Positions 61,365 to 64,000 of a stretch of DNA of 64,000 nt are shown here, piece after piece. This DNA comes from Candidatus Tayloriibacteriota bacterium. Lineage in GTDB: Bacteria > Patescibacteriota > Minisyncoccia > Phycocordibacterales > CAIRYW01. Under the pieces are notes generated by a model, which was not told where the DNA came from, ran no database searches, and was given only the letters and a program-made list of their open reading frames with translations. Position 1 is the first letter of the stretch, and every line of letters begins with the position of its first letter. The DNA is taken from contig JAQBQZ010000007.1 in NCBI GenBank assembly GCA_028286725.1, forward strand, positions 71,262 to 135,261, in the 5' to 3' direction. The position numbers and the translations under genes were made by a program.

Positions 61365-62462
61365 ATGCAAATTTCAATCGGAATCGTCGGCCTCCCAAAC
61401 GTAGGCAAATCAACTCTCTTCAATGCGCTGACCAAAAAGTCTGTGCCTGCTGAGAATTATCCATTCTGTACTATAGATCCATCTGTAGGAGTTGTTCCTG
61501 TGCCCGATACTCGACTCTACCAACTTGCAGCATTTTCAAAAACTCAAAAAACAGTTCCGGCAATTGTTGAATTCGTAGATATCGCAGGACTCGTCAAAGG
61601 TGCATCAGAAGGTGAAGGTCTCGGTAACAAATTCCTTTCTCATATTCGAGAAGTGGATGCAATCTGTGAGGTGGTACGAATCTTTGAGGACAGTAATGTG
61701 ATCCATGTGGATGGCAAGATTGATCCGGTGTCAGACATTGGAGTTATCAATCTCGAGCTTGTGCTCGCAGATCATGAGACAGTATCAAAAAGACTTGGAA
61801 CTATCGAAAAGGATGTGAAACGAGGGGACAAAGAGGCAATCAAGGTCAAAGAAACTTTGGACAAAGTTGTAAAAGTCCTTGAGAAAGGCCAGCTCGCAAC
61901 AGATGCAGAGCTCACAGATGAGGAAAGATTCTCGCTCAAGAGTCTCGCACTCCTGACACTCAAACCTATTATGTATGTCTTGAACAAAAAAGCGGGAGGA
62001 ACAAATCTCGATGAACTCAAAGATTCGAGATGGAATGCGCTTATGGATTTTCTAAAAACTTCAAAAGCTGGATATTGTATCGTGGATGCGGGTGTAGAAC
62101 ATGAACTCAAAGATTTTGAAGGAGAAGAAAAAGAAATGTTTCGAAGTGAACTTGGATCAAATGATGATGGTATTAATACGCTTATTAAGAAAGGTTACGA
62201 TCTTTTGGGACTTGAAACATTCTTTACGACAGGAGAAGTGGAAACACGGGCGTGGACTATCGCAAAGAATTCAACAGCACCAATCGCGGGTACTGCGATT
62301 CATAATGACTTTAAAGACAAATTCATTCGAGCAGAAGTGATCGAATGGAACAAGCTTCTCGAAGCAGGAAGTTTTGGTTCTGCACGAGAAAAAGGGTGGC
62401 TTCGAACTGAAGGGAAGGAATATGTAGTGCACGACGGGGATGTAATGGAATTTCGAGTTTAA
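61365..62462 (+). CDS. ychF: Ribosome-binding ATPase YchF/Ola1
   Basis: [20 protein letters not shown] domain at the C-terminus. Confidence 0.85.
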   Translation: MQISIGIVGLPNVGKSTLFNALTKKSVPAENYPFCTIDPSVGVVPVPDTRLYQLAAFSKTQKTVPAIVEFVDIAGLVKGASEGEGLGNKFLSHIREVDAICEVVRIFEDSNVIHVDGKIDPVSDIGVINLELVLADHETVSKRLGTIEKDVKRGDKEAIKVKETLDKVVKVLEKGQLATDAELTDEERFSLKSLALLTLKPIMYVLNKKAGGTNLDELKDSRWNALMDFLKTSKAGYCIVDAGVEHELKDFEGEEKEMFRSELGSNDDGINTLIKKGYDLLGLETFFTTGEVETRAWTIAKNSTAPIAGTAIHNDFKDKFIRAEVIEWNKLLEAGSFGSAREKGWLRTEGKEYVVHDGDVMEFRV

Positions 62463-62483
62463 AAATATTTAAAATAAAACAAC

Positions 62484-62524
62484 AAACCGCATCGCGCCCT
62501 AGGGCGCGATGCGGTTTCTTTTAA
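62484..62524 (+). terminator. Rho-independent terminator
   Basis: aaaccgcatcgcgccc-tag-ggcgcgatgcggttt + cttttaaaa. Confidence 0.8.
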
Positions 62525-62582
62525 AATCAATTCCGTTGTATTATTTAAGTTAGATATTCATTACTAAATTAATCATTATTTT

Positions 62583-63497
62583 ATGCAAAACTCACAAGCG
62601 CCAAAGAATTTCTTTATTCAAATCGGTATATTTGCATCACTCTACATATCAGCGATCAGCTTCTTGGTATTTCTTTTTTCTGTTATTAATCATGCGTTCC
62701 CTCAGGTCTTGGATTATTATCCTGATACTTCGGCTATACGGTTTTCTATTTCGACACTCATTGTGGTGTTTCCTCTCTTTATTTGGCTTGGACGAGTATA
62801 TCGAAAGTTTGTGGTAGCTAATCCTGAATATAAAGAGAGTAAGCTTCGAAAATGGATCACTTATTTTACGCTTACACTCACGGGCGCAACTATCGCAGGC
62901 GACGTGATCGTTCTCATTAATTCATTCCTTGCAGGTGCTGATTTTACAGCAGGGTTCCTACTTAAGGTTCTTTCGGTATTTGTGGTCACTGGAGGAATAT
63001 TTATCTATTGCCTTAAAGATCTTAAAGGATATTTCGATGAGGATCCTAAACGGTCAAAGATTTGGGCCATCGCAGTGTCTGTCATAGTTTTACTTTCAAT
63101 CATTATTGGATTTGTAATGATAGGCTCACCAAAGCATCAGCGAGATGTTAATTATGATGCAGAGAGAGTAAGTGATTTGAGTAATCTTCAATATCAAGTT
63201 GTGAATTACTATCAGCAGAAAGGCTCATTACCTGTAGTTTTGAGTGATATGGTAGATCCGCTTTCAGGAAATGTGATTCCTCTTGATCCAGAAACTTTCA
63301 AAGGGTATGAATACAAAACAACAGGTAAATTATCTTTTGAGGTTTGTGCAAATTTCAAAACGCTATCCGATAATAGCAAGACGGCTGCGGTCTATGGAAT
63401 GACTGGCGATGAGAGTTGGCAGCATGGTGCGGAGAGAACTTGTTTTGCGCGAAATATCGATCCTCAAAAATACCCTTTAATTAGCGGAAAAAACTAA
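62583..63497 (+). CDS. Hypothetical polytopic membrane protein
   Basis: 4-5 TM helices in the N-terminal 180 aa, soluble C-terminal domain. Confidence 0.45.
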   Translation: MQNSQAPKNFFIQIGIFASLYISAISFLVFLFSVINHAFPQVLDYYPDTSAIRFSISTLIVVFPLFIWLGRVYRKFVVANPEYKESKLRKWITYFTLTLTGATIAGDVIVLINSFLAGADFTAGFLLKVLSVFVVTGGIFIYCLKDLKGYFDEDPKRSKIWAIAVSVIVLLSIIIGFVMIGSPKHQRDVNYDAERVSDLSNLQYQVVNYYQQKGSLPVVLSDMVDPLSGNVIPLDPETFKGYEYKTTGKLSFEVCANFKTLSDNSKTAAVYGMTGDESWQHGAERTCFARNIDPQKYPLISGKN

Positions 63498-63513
63498 ATA
63501 TAAAGTCAGAAAC

Positions 63514-63558
63514 AAAGCGAAGCGTGTCCAAAAGGTGCGCTTCGCTTTTGTCATATTT
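63514..63558 (+). terminator. Rho-independent terminator
   Basis: aaagcgaagcg-loop-cgcttcgcttt + tgtcatatttt. Confidence 0.7.
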
Positions 63559-63568
63559 TGTTGTATAA

Positions 63569-64000
<432 letters not shown>

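Overview
The window is AT-rich and gene-dense with short intergenic regions. Its gene content looks like a small-genome Patescibacteria/CPR-type bacterium: archaeal-type UMP kinase, a split transketolase, many small DUF membrane proteins, and few Shine-Dalgarno sequences. That taxonomic assignment is an inference, not something shown directly. Core metabolism genes make up most of it: a pentose-phosphate/glycolysis cluster (gap partial, rpiB, rpe, transketolase N- and C-subunits about 6 kb apart, fba), uvrC-like, ddl, class Ia ribonucleotide reductase nrdAB, a phosphomannomutase that is frameshifted or split in two, tsaC, pyrH, a complete F1Fo ATP synthase operon on the minus strand, a riboflavin kinase/ribE/ribH cluster, adenosine-kinase-like plus ahcY, mltG, ychF and the leuS 5' end. 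The accessory content is concentrated in three places. The first is a 1277-aa multi-domain cell-surface protein carrying a perfect internal tandem duplication. The second, the likeliest candidate for an uncharacterised system, is a putative integrated element of about 8.5 kb (15787-~24300) beside tRNA-Ala(UGC). It carries a large serine recombinase whose 3' end overlaps the tRNA, a primase-polymerase/helicase, a LITAF-like zinc-ribbon membrane protein, strongly structured noncoding segments, and a three-gene operon of unknown function. The third is a small PaaX/Cas2-like wHTH regulator gene bracketed by two near-identical hairpin-forming palindromic inverted repeats (perfect 24-bp and 19-bp stems, 4-nt loop). 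Other oddities are degenerate partial tRNA-Ala copies upstream of the intact tRNA, a duplicated transketolase 3' fragment, GC-elevated hypothetical genes at 26.4-27.7 kb, and an extra membrane-protein gene inside the atp operon. No CRISPR arrays, rRNA genes or riboswitches were found.
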